DNA of 64,000 nucleotides from assembly GCA_963816395.1 (NCBI GenBank), contig CAWFKQ010000004.1, positions 32,001 through 96,000 of the forward strand, read 5' to 3'. The position numbers and the translations under genes were made by a program. The notes under the pieces were generated by a model. That model did not search any database. It was not told where the DNA came from and worked only from the letters and a program-made list of their open reading frames with translations. The stretch comes from an uncultured delta proteobacterium. GTDB taxonomy: Bacteria > Desulfobacterota > Desulfuromonadia > Desulfuromonadales > JACZKF01. This document shows, in pieces, positions 34,808-45,762 of the stretch (positions are counted from its first letter, which is position 1; each line of letters opens with the position of its first letter).

Positions 34808-36502
34808 TCAAAGCTCCAGGATAACCGGCAGAATCAGCGGCCGGCGCTGGATGGCGCGGTTGAAAAAGCGCTGCAGGGACTTGCGCACCTCGACCCGCAC
34901 CTCCTCCCAGTCGGAAATCGTCTCCAGCGAATGCTCGGCCAGCAGATCGCATACTACCTGCCGCGCTTGCTGGAGCAGCTCCCGGCTTTCCTCCTCGGGG
35001 ATGAAGCCGCGGGTAAAAAGCTCCGGGCCGTAAACGATCTCGCCGGTCGACTGGTTGAGGGCCAGAACCAGCATGGCCACGCCATGATTGGCCAGGTGCC
35101 GCCGATCGCGCAGTTCCATCGCCCCGACATCGCCGACTCCCTTGCCGTCGATGAAGACCCTGCCGGTCTCCACCCTTTCCTCCCGCTGCAGGCCATTGGC
35201 CGAAACGACCAGCGGCATACCGTTCTCCAGCACCACCGCATCAGCCTCGGCCATCCCCATTGCCCGGGCCAGACGGGCATGACGGACCAGGTGGCGGTAT
35301 TCGCCGTGGATGGGGACGAAATAGCGCGGGCGGACCAGGGAAAAAACCAGTTTGAGCTCCTCCTGCGAAGCATGGCCGGAGACGTGCACCTCGCTGGTGG
35401 TCTCGTAGAAAACCTCCGCCCCGCGCCGATACAGGTGATTGATCATATCGGTGATCGCCTTTTCATTCCCCGGGATGAACTTGGAGGAAAGGATCACCGA
35501 ATCTCCCGGCAGCACCTGGATCTGCTTGTGATCGTCCATGGCGATGCGGGAGAGGGCGGACAGTGGCTCCCCCTGACTGCCGGTGGTGAGGATCATCACC
35601 TTCTCCCGCGGCAGTTCGCGCGTGGTGCGCACGTCGATCAGCGCCTCATCGGGAATGTACAGATAGCCGAGCTGTCGGGCGATGGCGATGTTGGCTACCA
35701 TGCTGCGGCCGTTGACCAGGATCTTGCGGCCACAGGCGACGGCGGCATCGACGGCCTGCTGGATGCGGTGGATATTGGAGGAGAAGGTGGCAAGGAGAAC
35801 CTGCCCGGTACAGCGCGGCAGGATGGCGGCGAAGGCTTCCCCGACCACCCGCTCCGAGAGCGTGTATCCCTCCCTTTCCACGTTGGTGGAATCGGCCAGC
35901 AGCAGGAGCACTCCTTCCTGGCCATAGGCGGCGAGTCTGGCCAGGTCGGTCGGCTGCTGATCGACCGGCGTCTGGTCGAGCTTGAAATCGCCGGTGTGTA
36001 CCACCAGGCCGGCGGGGGTGTGGATGGCCAGCCCGACGCCGTCGACGATCGAATGGGCGGCGCGGAAGAATTCGATGCGGAAGGGACCGAGAACGATTTC
36101 CTGGCGCGGAAAGATGCGCTCCAGGCGGGCGGCGGCGTCCAGGCCGTGCTCCTCGAGCTTGCCCTGCAGCAGGCCGAGGGTCAGCCCGGTAGCGAAAATC
36201 GGCGGATAGCCGAGCTTCTCCAGCAGGTAAGGGACGGCCCCGATGTGGTCCTCGTGGCCATGGGTGAGGACCAGGCCGCGGATATCCCCGGTGCGGCCGG
36301 CCAGGGCCGAAATATCGGGGATGACCAGATCGATGCCGAGCATGTAAGCCTCGGGGAACATCAGGCCGCAGTCGACGAGGAGAATTTCTCCCCGACATTC
36401 CAGGGCCATCATGTTCAGCCCGATCTCTCCCAGCCCGCCCAAGGGGAGCAGGCGCAGGGCCTCGGGATGCAGAGGGGCAAGGGTCATGACGCGGTTTTCC
36501 AT
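34808..36502 (-). CDS. rnj: ribonuclease J
   Basis: GGLGEIGLNM, THGHEDHIG, GSQGEP, HVSGH, PIHGE. Confidence 0.96.
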   Translation of the reverse strand: MENRVMTLAPLHPEALRLLPLGGLGEIGLNMMALECRGEILLVDCGLMFPEAYMLGIDLVIPDISALAGRTGDIRGLVLTHGHEDHIGAVPYLLEKLGYPPIFATGLTLGLLQGKLEEHGLDAAARLERIFPRQEIVLGPFRIEFFRAAHSIVDGVGLAIHTPAGLVVHTGDFKLDQTPVDQQPTDLARLAAYGQEGVLLLLADSTNVEREGYTLSERVVGEAFAAILPRCTGQVLLATFSSNIHRIQQAVDAAVACGRKILVNGRSMVANIAIARQLGYLYIPDEALIDVRTTRELPREKVMILTTGSQGEPLSALSRIAMDDHKQIQVLPGDSVILSSKFIPGNEKAITDMINHLYRRGAEVFYETTSEVHVSGHASQEELKLVFSLVRPRYFVPIHGEYRHLVRHARLARAMGMAEADAVVLENGMPLVVSANGLQREERVETGRVFIDGKGVGDVGAMELRDRRHLANHGVAMLVLALNQSTGEIVYGPELFTRGFIPEEESRELLQQARQVVCDLLAEHSLETISDWEEVRVEVRKSLQRFFNRAIQRRPLILPVILEL

Positions 36503-36679
36503 GGCGAAAATGGTCCGTTGAATGGCTGGGGAATCGACTGTTCACCAGCCCATTGTGCAAGTGAATACGCCAGTCTACGAAAGAGGCAGCAGGGAGTCAA
36601 ACCTTTTTCCGAAAGGGCTTTACACCCCGGACGAATTTCGTTAGACTCGGAAAAATAACCTTTGAGGGGAGGCTTTCGA

Positions 36680-37138
36680 ATGTCGGTCAATAAAGTGATT
36701 CTGGTGGGAAATCTGGGCAAGGACCCGGAACTGCGCTATACTCCTTCCGGCGCTGCCGTGGCTACTTTTTCCCTGGCCACCTCCGAGCGTTACAAGGACA
36801 AAAGCGGCCAGATGCAGGAGAAAACCGAATGGCACAACATCGTCGTCTGGCGCAACCTGGCCGAGATCTGCGGCAAATATCTGCACAAGGGAAAACAGAT
36901 CTATATCGAGGGGCGGATCCAGACCCGTTCCTATGACGACCGCGACGGCAACAAACGCTACATGACCGAGATCGTCGCCGATCAGATGCAGATGCTCGGG
37001 CGGGCGGGTGAAGAAGGCGGGGGGGCTCCCCGCGAATCCCGTCCGGCGCGAAATCAGCCGACTGCCCAGGAAAGCACTCCCCCCTACGAGGATTTCGCCG
37101 ATCCTCCGTTCAATCCGGACGACGATATCCCCTTTTGA
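36680..37138 (+). CDS. ssb: single-stranded DNA-binding protein
   Basis: [14 protein letters not shown], terminal DDDIPF. Confidence 0.97.
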   Translation: MSVNKVILVGNLGKDPELRYTPSGAAVATFSLATSERYKDKSGQMQEKTEWHNIVVWRNLAEICGKYLHKGKQIYIEGRIQTRSYDDRDGNKRYMTEIVADQMQMLGRAGEEGGGAPRESRPARNQPTAQESTPPYEDFADPPFNPDDDIPF

Positions 37139-37142
37139 TTGA

Positions 37143-37715
37143 GTGGGTATGCTGGAAGAGCGCAAAAGCCGACTCAAACAGGCCCTGAGTGACCCGGACG
37201 AAGAAGTCTGCCGTGCGGCCGCCGAAGCCTTGGAAATGCTGGAATCGGTCCAGGAACTGGATCGGATTCTGGCCAGTCTGGGCGGGGGCAGCCGCGGTCA
37301 GCGGGTGCAGGCCATTTTCGCCATGGAGCGGGTGAACTCGCCCCGCGTTTTCCCCCCTCTGCTGGAATGCCTCAGTCAAGCGGATCCAGATCTGCGGGCG
37401 GCCGCCGTTCAGGTGCTGGGGCGGAAAAAAAATCCTAAGGTCATCCCGAATCTGCTCCGGCACCTCAAGGATCCCCATCCGGCAGTACGGGTGCATGCCG
37501 CGGAGGCCCTCGGCAATTTTCCCGATCGGCGCCTGGTTCCCTATCTGGCCGCCGTACTGAAGGCGACGGATGGTGAACTGGTCTGCAGCGCCGTCCGGTC
37601 CCTCGGCGCCATCGGCGCTTCCGAGGGTGAGTCGCATCTGCTGCCGCTGGTTTCCGATCCCCGCGCCGCCGTGCGCCGTGAGGCGGTCAGGAGCCTGGGA
37701 CGGCTGAACCTCTGA
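37143..37715 (+). CDS. HEAT/PBS-lyase repeat protein
   Basis: repeated L.D.D..VR..AA..LG units. Confidence 0.85.
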   Translation: MGMLEERKSRLKQALSDPDEEVCRAAAEALEMLESVQELDRILASLGGGSRGQRVQAIFAMERVNSPRVFPPLLECLSQADPDLRAAAVQVLGRKKNPKVIPNLLRHLKDPHPAVRVHAAEALGNFPDRRLVPYLAAVLKATDGELVCSAVRSLGAIGASEGESHLLPLVSDPRAAVRREAVRSLGRLNL

Positions 37716-37733
37716 AAAATTAGGAGAGAAATG

Positions 37734-37777
37734 TGAAACGTGAAACGCCGGCCCATGGGCCGGCGTTTCACGTTTCA
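37734..37777. terminator. perfect 44-bp palindrome between convergent genes (bidirectional terminator-like, with period-7 arms)
   Basis: TGAAACGTGAAACGCCGGCCCA-TGGGCCGGCGTTTCACGTTTCA; includes the HD-GYP stop. Confidence 0.7.
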
Positions 37778-39109
37778 GTCAATATAGTCGGTGATTTCGA
37801 TTCCCTTGGTGTAAGGGTCAACCTCGGCGATGATGTGCGGTGGCTCCCCGCCGCTAAGCTCGATCCGCGGCGGTTCGTCCAATTGTCTGCCGGCGTTATC
37901 GAAAAGGATCTTGAGCCGGACCCGGTCGGGGTCCTTGGTATCCACCCACACCACCAGGCCGATCTCATTGTTTCCCAGGCGCACCAGGCTGCCGACCGGA
38001 TAGGTCCCCAGGGAAGTAATGAATGTCTCGATATACCCCGGATGCAGGTAATTCCCGGCGAGCCCGCGCAGCTTTCCGATTGCCCGGCGCGGAGTCATGG
38101 GGTGCTGATAGGAACGCAGAGTGGTCATGGCGTCATAGGTGTCGGCGATGGCCGCCATGTAGGTCAGGGGTGAGAGCTTCCGCTTGCGGGCGACGGCGGG
38201 GTAGCCAGATTGGTCGTAGCGGAGGTGATGCCCCAGAACGATGTCGATGACCTCGGTGGTGATTCCCTCCATCTGTTCCACCAATTCGGCGCCGGTGCCG
38301 GGATGCTTTCTGATTTCCTCGAATTCCTCTCGGTCAGCCGCCCCGGCTTGGTGATGATCGCCCTATCGATCTTGAGCTTGCCCAGGTCATGCAGCAGACT
38401 GCCCAGGCCGAGGGTGCGCAGGCGTTCTTCGGGCAGCCCGCAGGCCCGTCCCACTGCTAAAGCTATGACCGCCACGTTCACCGAATGGGTGAAGGTGTAA
38501 TTGTCATAGTCTTTGAGCATGGAAAGAGCGAACAGCGCATTTGGCTCGATCAGCGTCACTTGGGCCATGCTCTTCACCACATTGATCGCCTCAGTGGAGG
38601 AGGGAATGCGGCCCAGGCGTACATCCTCGAAGATATTTTCCATTACCCGCAAGGCCCGGTTGTAGACCTTACGGGGGCGTTTCTCTTCTCCTCCTCCTTT
38701 CGGCTTCCCTGGTGACGGCGTGGATATCCATGACACCGCCTGCCGCCAGTTGCTGATTCACCGCTTCGCCACGGGCGTTCCCCGCCAGCAGCAGGGAGAA
38801 CAGGATCTGCAGCTGGCCGCTGGTGAGACCGGAGCGGAAGAGGAAGCCATCGAGCTGAAAATCCTGTAGCAGACGACCGATTTCCACGGCAGCGGGGGTG
38901 GTCTGGACGAACAGGTAATCTTCCAGAAAAAGAGTTCCCTCCAGCAGCCCCAACCTGACCTCCCCCCGGTTCTGGCAGAGGGTGAGCAGCCCGGTCAGCA
39001 GGCTCTGCACCTGACGCTCTATGGCGGGGTGCTGAAAGGGGTAGAGCCGCAGCCCCTGAAAAGTGGCGGCGAAGGCCTGGATGATCTGCTTATATGTTTC
39101 CCGATCCAT
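37775..39109 (-). CDS. HD-GYP domain cyclic dinucleotide phosphodiesterase, frameshifted
   Basis: YTFTHSVNV, LLHDLGK, HHLRYDQSGYP, IADTYDAMTTLRSYQ. Confidence 0.88.
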
Positions 39110-40718
39110 TTTCCTTGATCTTCCCGAGATGCTTCAGGGATTGACCCGCCGCCCGCGCCACCGCCTCCGAGCGGTCTTCGGTTGCGTCCCGGAGTGCCGG
39201 CAGAGAGGCGGGGCTGCCGATTTCCCCCAGGGCCGCGGCGGCGGCGGCGCGCAGAGTGTTGAACATCCCCCGCCCGAAAAACCGGCGCCGCTTGAGGAGG
39301 GTAATCAGTGCGGGTACCGCTTCGGGGGCGCCGATTTCCCCCAGGGCCTTGATCGCCCCTTTCTTCAGCTCGATTCGCTTCCCGAGGGGGTCCGGACGGC
39401 CGATTAATTTCAGCAGAGTCGGGATGGCCTCCCGGTTTTTCATGGCTCCCAGGGAAAGCAGGGCCTGGCGGCCGAGGGAGGAATCATCACCCTCGACCAG
39501 GGAGAGAAGAATCCCCACCGCCCGAGGGCCGCCGATTTTGGTCAGGGCTCGAACCGATTCCCGGGCTACCCGCACATCGCGGTGGTGCAGCAGGGGAGGG
39601 AGAAGGACAGCGGCACTTGGGTCACGGATCTCCCCGAGGATGGACACCGCATTGCGAACCACGAACCAGCGCGGATCGGCGAGAAATTCGGTCAGGATCG
39701 GGGCCGCCGGCGTACCTTGGCGGATTATGGCCTCGATCAGCAGTCGGCGGGCCAGAAGATCCTTTTCCCGAGCCAATCGGTCCATCAGATGGCGGACGGT
39801 TTTCTCCGGGTAAAAGGCGAGCAGGGGGAAGATCTGTGCCCGGATTTCCGCCGCAACGCCCCGGGTGCACAGGAAGTCGATCAGGCTCTCGCAGATTTCC
39901 TCGGAAAATAGCTGCTCCAGCGCCTGCCCGGCCAGCCCGCGCCGCAGGACCGAGTGCTCAGTGGCGATAGTGTCCAGATGTAGCAGAAAGAGCGCCTCCA
40001 GGACCAGGTAGTGGTCCCCGTCGGCCTGGGCGGTCCGGATCAGAGGAGGCAATTCCTGCAGCAGCAGCCGGTATTGTGGATCGGAATTCTCCCCCCGCAA
40101 CGCCTTGAGCACGGTTTCAAGGTCTCGTTCCCGTTCCCCCTCCCCGTCCTGGCCGCCGGTTTCCAGCAGCCGCTCCAGGTCTTCCTCTAGCCCTTTTTCG
40201 CCGCCGGGCAGCTGTTCTTTCTGCGCTTCCAGTTCGGCCCGGCGCTCGTGGATCAAGGCCAGGTCGGTCTCGTTCACCCAGATGGTGGAAATTCGCGCCC
40301 GGGCAAGAATGCCGGCCATCCCTCCATGTTCGTGAACGGCCTGCAGCCCCAGCCCCAGGCAACGGGCGAAGGACAGCAGATCGCGGACGGTCAGCTCCGG
40401 TAGCAGGAGCAGGGTCTGCACCCGTCGAGCAAAAAGATGATGGGAGAGTTTCTTCAACAGGGGACTGCTGGCGGCAACCGGTTGCTCCTGCAGCAGCATT
40501 CCCTCCTTGCGGACGGTAATCGACAGCACTTCATTTCCCGTCAGCAAGGGGGTGAAGCTCTGCCGCGCTTGTTCCGCTGCTGCGGCCAGGGCAGGGTGGC
40601 GGGCAGGGTAGTAACCAGCCGCCTTGAGAAGCTTGGCGAGCTTCAGGAGAGCCTCTTCGAGGAGCCGCTGCCGGTCAGCGGGGTGACTGTATTCATCTTG
40701 ACGGGGCAGTTCTGTCAT
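39090..40718 (-). CDS. HEAT repeat protein
   Basis: YPARHP N-terminal motif shared with the HD-GYP N-terminus (YPFQHP); DPRWFVVRNAVSILGEI HEAT units. Confidence 0.85.
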   Translation of the reverse strand: MTELPRQDEYSHPADRQRLLEEALLKLAKLLKAAGYYPARHPALAAAAEQARQSFTPLLTGNEVLSITVRKEGMLLQEQPVAASSPLLKKLSHHLFARRVQTLLLLPELTVRDLLSFARCLGLGLQAVHEHGGMAGILARARISTIWVNETDLALIHERRAELEAQKEQLPGGEKGLEEDLERLLETGGQDGEGERERDLETVLKALRGENSDPQYRLLLQELPPLIRTAQADGDHYLVLEALFLLHLDTIATEHSVLRRGLAGQALEQLFSEEICESLIDFLCTRGVAAEIRAQIFPLLAFYPEKTVRHLMDRLAREKDLLARRLLIEAIIRQGTPAAPILTEFLADPRWFVVRNAVSILGEIRDPSAAVLLPPLLHHRDVRVARESVRALTKIGGPRAVGILLSLVEGDDSSLGRQALLSLGAMKNREAIPTLLKLIGRPDPLGKRIELKKGAIKALGEIGAPEAVPALITLLKRRRFFGRGMFNTLRAAAAAALGEIGSPASLPALRDATEDRSEAVARAAGQSLKHLGKIKENGSGNI

Positions 40719-40787
40719 GCAGATAAAATAGCCGCTTGCGGCTGGGATGTAAATTGATTTCCACCCTGCCGGGAGAGGGAATCCGGA

Positions 40788-42628
40788 TCAGGTTCGTTCT
40801 TCACCCGAAAGCTCTTCCACCACACAGAAACCATTGTCCTGGATCCCCTGGCCCGGCGACTGGTACATCCCCTCCAGTACCTGGCGGTAGCGTTCGCACA
40901 CCAGGTTACGGCGGACCTTGAGAGTCGGGGTGATCTCCTGGTGGTTAAAGTCGCTGGAGAGGAGAGTGAAGCGCTTGATCCGCTGAAAAGACGTCAGGTT
41001 CGCCTGCAGGCGGTCGACCCGCTCCCGGATCAGCCGCAGGATTTGGGCGTGCTTGACCATCTCGCAGGAATCGGCGAATTGCAGGGCATTCTCGCGGGCG
41101 AAGGCTTCCAGTTTTTCCAGATGGGGGACGAGCAGGGCGGTAAGGTACGGCTTGCGGTCACCGTAAACCATCGCATTGGCAATAAAGGGATCGTTCTTGA
41201 GCAGGTTCTCCAGAAACTGTGGGGCGATGTTTTCACCGCCGGCGGTAACGATCAGATCCTTCTTGCGGTCGGTGATAGAGAGAAAACCATCCGCATCGAA
41301 GGCGCCAAGATCTCCGGTGCGAAACCAGCCGTCGGCGGTGAAGGCCTCCGCCGTCTCCGCGGGCCGTTTCCAATAACCGGAAAAGACCGCCGGCCCCCGG
41401 ATGATTTATTTCGTTGTCTTCGGCAATGCGGATTTCCGTATCGGGAAAAGGCCTGCCGACAGTTCCCAGGCGGCAAGCCTGCGGCGTATTGACGGCGATG
41501 CCACCGGCCGTTTCGGTCAGGCCGTAGCCCTCGAAAATATGGATATCCGCGGCCAAAAAGAATTCGGCAATTTCCCGGCTGAGCGGGGCTCCGCCGGAAA
41601 TGAAGAAACGCAAGCGTCCCCCCAGGCGCTCTTTCAACTTGGCAAACACCAACCGCTGCGCCAGGGATGCGGCGATGCGCAGTAACGGACCCGACCGCTG
41701 GCCGGTCAGGCGCCGGCGGGCGTCGGCGCGGCCGATCCGCAGGGCGGCGAAGAAGAGCCGCCGGCGGTGCCAGGGAGCGGACTGGACCCGCTCCAGCATC
41801 TCGGGCGTACATTTTTTCATAGAGGCGGGGGACACTGATCATCACCGTCGGCTGCGTCTCGAGCATATTGGCCGGTACCGTCTCCAGGCTCTCGGCATAG
41901 GCAATTACTACTTCCCGGTAGAGCATGAAATAGTAACCGTCCACCCGTTCGAAAACATGGGAGAGGGGGAGAAACGAGAGACACGAATCGCCCGGCCCGA
42001 TGTCGAACAGCCGTTCGCAGGCATTGACGTTGGACAGGATATTCCGGTGGGTCAGCGCCACCCCTTTGGGGACGCCAGTGGTTCCGGAGGTATAGATCAA
42101 GGTGGCTGTTTCTTCCGCCGAGCCCATTTCGAGGCGCTGTTCCAGCGTGTTCGCCGGCACCTGCTCGGCGCCGGCGAGGAAGTCCCGCAGGGACAGCGCC
42201 CGGGGATCACCGGGGTCGCCCTGCAGCAGAATAATCCGCTCCAACTGTGGCACTTCACCGGCCTGCGCCAGGATCTTGCCCACCATCTCGGGGTTGTGCA
42301 GGAAAAGAAAACGGCTTGCCGAATCCCGCAGGATGTGGAGAACGGCCTGGAGCCCCTCGGTGTGGTAAATGGAGACGGTCAGGCCGCCGCCGGCCATCGT
42401 TCCCAGGTCGGCACAGACCCAATCCGGCCCGTTGGGAGCCATGATCGCCACCCGGTTGCCGCGGGCCAGTCCCAGTTGCAGCAGCCCTCTGCCGAAGCGA
42501 CGGACACGGGCTTCGAGGGCTTCCCAGGAAATGTCGCGAAAATCCTTCCCCTGCTTGTGCCGCAGGGCGGGTCGGGCGCATCGCTGGGCGGCCAATTCGA
42601 CTACCAATTGCGGAATGGTCTGATTCAT
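40788..42628 (-). CDS. long-chain acyl-CoA synthetase (AMP-forming), frameshifted
   Basis: IYTSGTTGVPKG, FLPLSHVFER, EGYGLTET, TPTLKVRR. Confidence 0.9.
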
Positions 42629-42720
42629 GGCATCCTCATGTTTTCCCTTTTCATTATAGCCCGGGTCGACCCGGGAATGACAGCCGCCGCACTGCCGCCG
42701 GCTGGTGAAGGAAAGTGCCA

Positions 42721-43338
42721 ATGGTCCTTGGGGTAACGGGCGGTATAGCCGCCGGCAAGAGCGCCGTCACGGAAGTTTTTCGCCGCCTGGGGGCGGCGGT
42801 AGTCAGCGCGGACGAAATCGCCCGCGAGGTTGTCCGGCCAGGTTCGCCGGTGCTCGATGAACTGGTGCAGATCTTCGGGCCGGGGATTCTCTGCGGAGAC
42901 GGCACTCTGGACCGCACGGCCATGGCCTCACGCGTCTTTGCCGATCCGGAGGCCCGCCGAAATCTGAACCGGATCATCCACCCGGCAATCGCCGCCCTCG
43001 CCGGGGAGCGCCTGCGAGCGTTAGCCGCCAAGGTGCCGCTGGTGCTTTATGAGGCGCCGCTTCTCTATGAGGTCGGCGCTGAAGAGCGAGTCGATGCCGT
43101 CCTGGTCGTCCGCGTCGACCAGAAGCTGCAGCTGCAGAGGCTCATGGCGCGGGACGGGTTGACCGAGACCGAGGCGCGGAGCCGGGTGGCTGCGCAGATG
43201 CCGCAGGAGGAGAAAGTCGCCCGGGCGGATTTCGTGATCGACAACTCCGGTCCGCCGGAAAAGACGACGGCACAGGTCCGGAACCTGTTCAAGCGTCTTT
43301 CGGCGCTCTCCCCTCCAGATTCCCCAGAAAGCCGATAA
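42721..43338 (+). CDS. coaE: dephospho-CoA kinase
   Basis: GVTGGIAAGKS, DEIAR, IHP, PLLYE, RLMARD, QMP. Confidence 0.95.
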   Translation: MVLGVTGGIAAGKSAVTEVFRRLGAAVVSADEIAREVVRPGSPVLDELVQIFGPGILCGDGTLDRTAMASRVFADPEARRNLNRIIHPAIAALAGERLRALAAKVPLVLYEAPLLYEVGAEERVDAVLVVRVDQKLQLQRLMARDGLTETEARSRVAAQMPQEEKVARADFVIDNSGPPEKTTAQVRNLFKRLSALSPPDSPESR

Positions 43339-44128
43339 TGAGCTGGAAGGTTGCGGTACGGCGGGGATTCTCCTCGGTCGTCAGAATGTGCGGTACCTCC
43401 GGGCCATACAGATGGTATTCACGGTGCTGGCTGCCGAGCCGCCGGAACAGATACTGGGCGCTGTCTACCCTGACGGTTCGGTCGCCCAGGGCGCTCACGG
43501 CCAGAGTTGGGGCGGTGATCCCGGGCAGGGCGCGGCGCACCCGGTGAATCAGGCGCTGCAGTTGGTAAACGCCGTTGACCGGCCGGCGCTCGTAATAGTA
43601 GGGGCGAAGGTCGGGGGCGACACAATGCCTTTGATAGGGGCGGATGAAGCGCAGCAGGAATGCTGCCGGTGCCAGCCGGTGCTGCAGCTGCAGGTAGGGA
43701 GAAAGCAGCACCAGGCCGGCAAATGGCCGGGTTTCCGACAGGGCAAGAAGAAGCAGGGCACCGCTGCTTACTCCCACCCCGTAAACTGGACCGCTTTCGG
43801 CCAGAATCCGATAGCCGCGCTCGACTGCTGCGAGCCATTCCTCATACCGGCGGCCGGCGAGATCCTCGGGGGTGGTGCCGTGCCCGGGCAGCCTGACGCC
43901 GAGAACCAGGAATCCCGCCGAAGCGAGCTCCTCGCCGATGGCCCGCATTTCTCGCGGGGTGGCAGTGAACCCGTGCACCAGCAGCACTCCCGCCGTCGGT
44001 CGGTCTGGACCGAAAAGAAACGGCAGGTTTTCGTCGCGCGTCACCCCCTCCTGGCGGGCCAGGAGGCGATCTTCCCGAATCAGGGATGCGGCTTCGGGGA
44101 TGGTCGGCACGGCATCATCCCATTTCAA
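43289..44128 (-). CDS. alpha/beta hydrolase (carboxylesterase/monoacylglycerol lipase-like)
   Basis: HGFTATP, LPGHGT, GVSSG nucleophile elbow, D and H triad residues. Confidence 0.85.
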   Translation of the reverse strand: MKWDDAVPTIPEAASLIREDRLLARQEGVTRDENLPFLFGPDRPTAGVLLVHGFTATPREMRAIGEELASAGFLVLGVRLPGHGTTPEDLAGRRYEEWLAAVERGYRILAESGPVYGVGVSSGALLLLALSETRPFAGLVLLSPYLQLQHRLAPAAFLLRFIRPYQRHCVAPDLRPYYYERRPVNGVYQLQRLIHRVRRALPGITAPTLAVSALGDRTVRVDSAQYLFRRLGSQHREYHLYGPEVPHILTTEENPRRTATFQLIIGFLGNLEGRAPKDA

Positions 44129-44185
44129 ATTGAGAAGAAGAGAGGAGGGGAGCCCGTCTGTCGATCGCTGGCGAATGTCGGCCAG

Positions 44186-44219
44186 CCAAAGAAGCCTCCC
44201 GTCCGGGAGGTTTCTTTGG
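44186..44219 (-). terminator. hairpin terminator after iclR
   Basis: CCAAAGAAGCCTCCC-GTCC-GGGAGGTTTCTTTGG. Confidence 0.65.
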
Positions 44220-44230
44220 ACTGCAAGGGC

Positions 44231-45013
44231 TTACTTGTGGAAACCGAGGCGGGTGGAGAGATCTTCGGCGGCCTGGGTTACCAGCGGAATCAGGTCCTTC
44301 TGGATTCGTTCATCGGAAAAGCGCATGGAAGGACCGGAGACGCTGACCGCGCCGACGATGCGGCGGGTGTAGTCGCGAATGGGGCCGGCGACGCAGCGCA
44401 CACCGGAATCGAGCTCTTCGTTGTCGAGAGCGTATCCCTGCTCGGCGATCCGGCGCAATTCCTTCTTCAACTCATCCCGATCAGTGATGGTGTTGGGAGT
44501 GTAGGCCTTGAGTTCCCGGCTCGGCAGCAGGGCATCGATCTCCTCGTCCGACATGAAAGCCAGGTGAACCTTGCCGGCTGCCGTACAATAGGCAGGTAGG
44601 CGGGAGCCGACCCGGGAAACCACCCGCACGGTCAGATCGGTCTCGACGACATCGAGATAGACGATGTAGCCTTCCTTGAAGATGGCCACATAAGAGGTCT
44701 CGCGGCATTCTTTCACCAGTCGTTCCAGGATCGGCTTGGCCTGACGCAGCAGCCCCATCTGTTTGATGAAGGTTTGCCCGAGTTCAAGGGACTTGAGCCC
44801 GAGGCGGTAGTTTTCCGTGGCCCGGTTCTGCTCGATATAACCGCGCGACTCGAGGGTGGCGAGGAGCCGGAAGACGTTGTTCTTGTGTAATTTCAGACGC
44901 TTGCTGAGTTCAGTGACACCCAGTTCATCGTTTTCGCCGTGAAATTGTTCCAACAGATCGAGTGCGTGGGAAACAGCCTGAATGATATATTCAGCTTTCT
45001 CTTTCTTTGCCAT
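44231..45013 (-). CDS. IclR-family transcriptional regulator
   Basis: wHTH GVTELSKRLKLHKNNVFRLLATL, CTAAGKV, GYALDNEE, GAVSVSGP. Confidence 0.95.
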   Translation of the reverse strand: MAKKEKAEYIIQAVSHALDLLEQFHGENDELGVTELSKRLKLHKNNVFRLLATLESRGYIEQNRATENYRLGLKSLELGQTFIKQMGLLRQAKPILERLVKECRETSYVAIFKEGYIVYLDVVETDLTVRVVSRVGSRLPAYCTAAGKVHLAFMSDEEIDALLPSRELKAYTPNTITDRDELKKELRRIAEQGYALDNEELDSGVRCVAGPIRDYTRRIVGAVSVSGPSMRFSDERIQKDLIPLVTQAAEDLSTRLGFHK

Positions 45014-45178
45014 GGCGAAATTCCCTCTGCAAAAAGAATTAAAGGCTTGATTTTGCCCATCTTATAAATTTGAAAAAATATGTCAAGTCTAATGGGATAT
45101 TCTGCGAAATCTGTTTAGCGCACGACGAATGAAACGCTTGAGGCTCCTGGCGGAAGCCGAAACACTATATCCATACGA

Positions 45179-45207
45179 AATATAAAATGTCGTTTTATAA
45201 AAGTCAA
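45179..45207 (-). promoter_or_regulatory. putative sigma70 promoter for iclR overlapping a palindromic operator
   Basis: TTGACT-17-TATATT on the minus strand; TATAAAA-TGTCG-TTTTATA inverted repeat at 45181-45199. Confidence 0.5.
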
Positions 45208-45253
45208 CCCAAACTAATTTGTCTGGTGACGATTTTCTGCCGCTGGCGGCCGG

Positions 45254-45282
45254 TTGACAGGAAATTTTCTTTCCATTAGAGT
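45254..45282 (+). promoter_or_regulatory. putative sigma70 promoter for usp
   Basis: TTGACA-17-TAGAGT; GGAGG RBS before ATG 45310. Confidence 0.6.
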
Positions 45283-45309
45283 AATCACCTACTTACCGCG
45301 GAGGGTAGA

Positions 45310-45762
45310 ATGCTTAACCTGAGCAAGAAGATCCTGGTGGCCATCGACGGCTCACCCCAGTCGGACAAGGCGGCGGAAGAAGCGGTGCGCCTGGCGGTTG
45401 CTTCAGGTGTCCGCTTTAAAAGCAAGCTTTATGCCATTCTTGTCCTGCCCAGCATGCGTACCCCTTCTTTCACCGATTTTTTTCCTTCTCCCCCGGTAAC
45501 GGAACGCCCAGACTGGGAGGAAAAGCGGCAGCGGATCTTCTATGTTGTCGAAAAAACCGCCGCCGAAGCCGGTGTGCACCTGGAAAATGTGGTGGTTTAC
45601 GGTGATGCCGCGGAGGAGATCATGGCTTTTGCCGAGCAGGAGGAGATCGATGTGATAGTCATCGGCTCCTCGGGGGCGGGCCGGGTCAAAAGGGCTCTGC
45701 TGGGGAGCGTCTCGACCAAAGTCGCCCTGCATGCCCGCTGCTCAGTCTATATTGTCCGCTGA
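45310..45762 (+). CDS. universal stress protein
   Basis: KILVAIDGSPQS, DVIVIGS, LLGSVS, ARCSVYIVR. Confidence 0.93.
   Translation: MLNLSKKILVAIDGSPQSDKAAEEAVRLAVASGVRFKSKLYAILVLPSMRTPSFTDFFPSPPVTERPDWEEKRQRIFYVVEKTAAEAGVHLENVVVYGDAAEEIMAFAEQEEIDVIVIGSSGAGRVKRALLGSVSTKVALHARCSVYIVR

Noticed and set aside
33809..36658. 949-aa plus-strand ORF and other long antisense ORFs (14932-16977, 10410-12005, 23395-24975, 59309-60943)
   Set aside because: Shadow frames opposite well-supported genes in GC-rich DNA; no motifs of their own.
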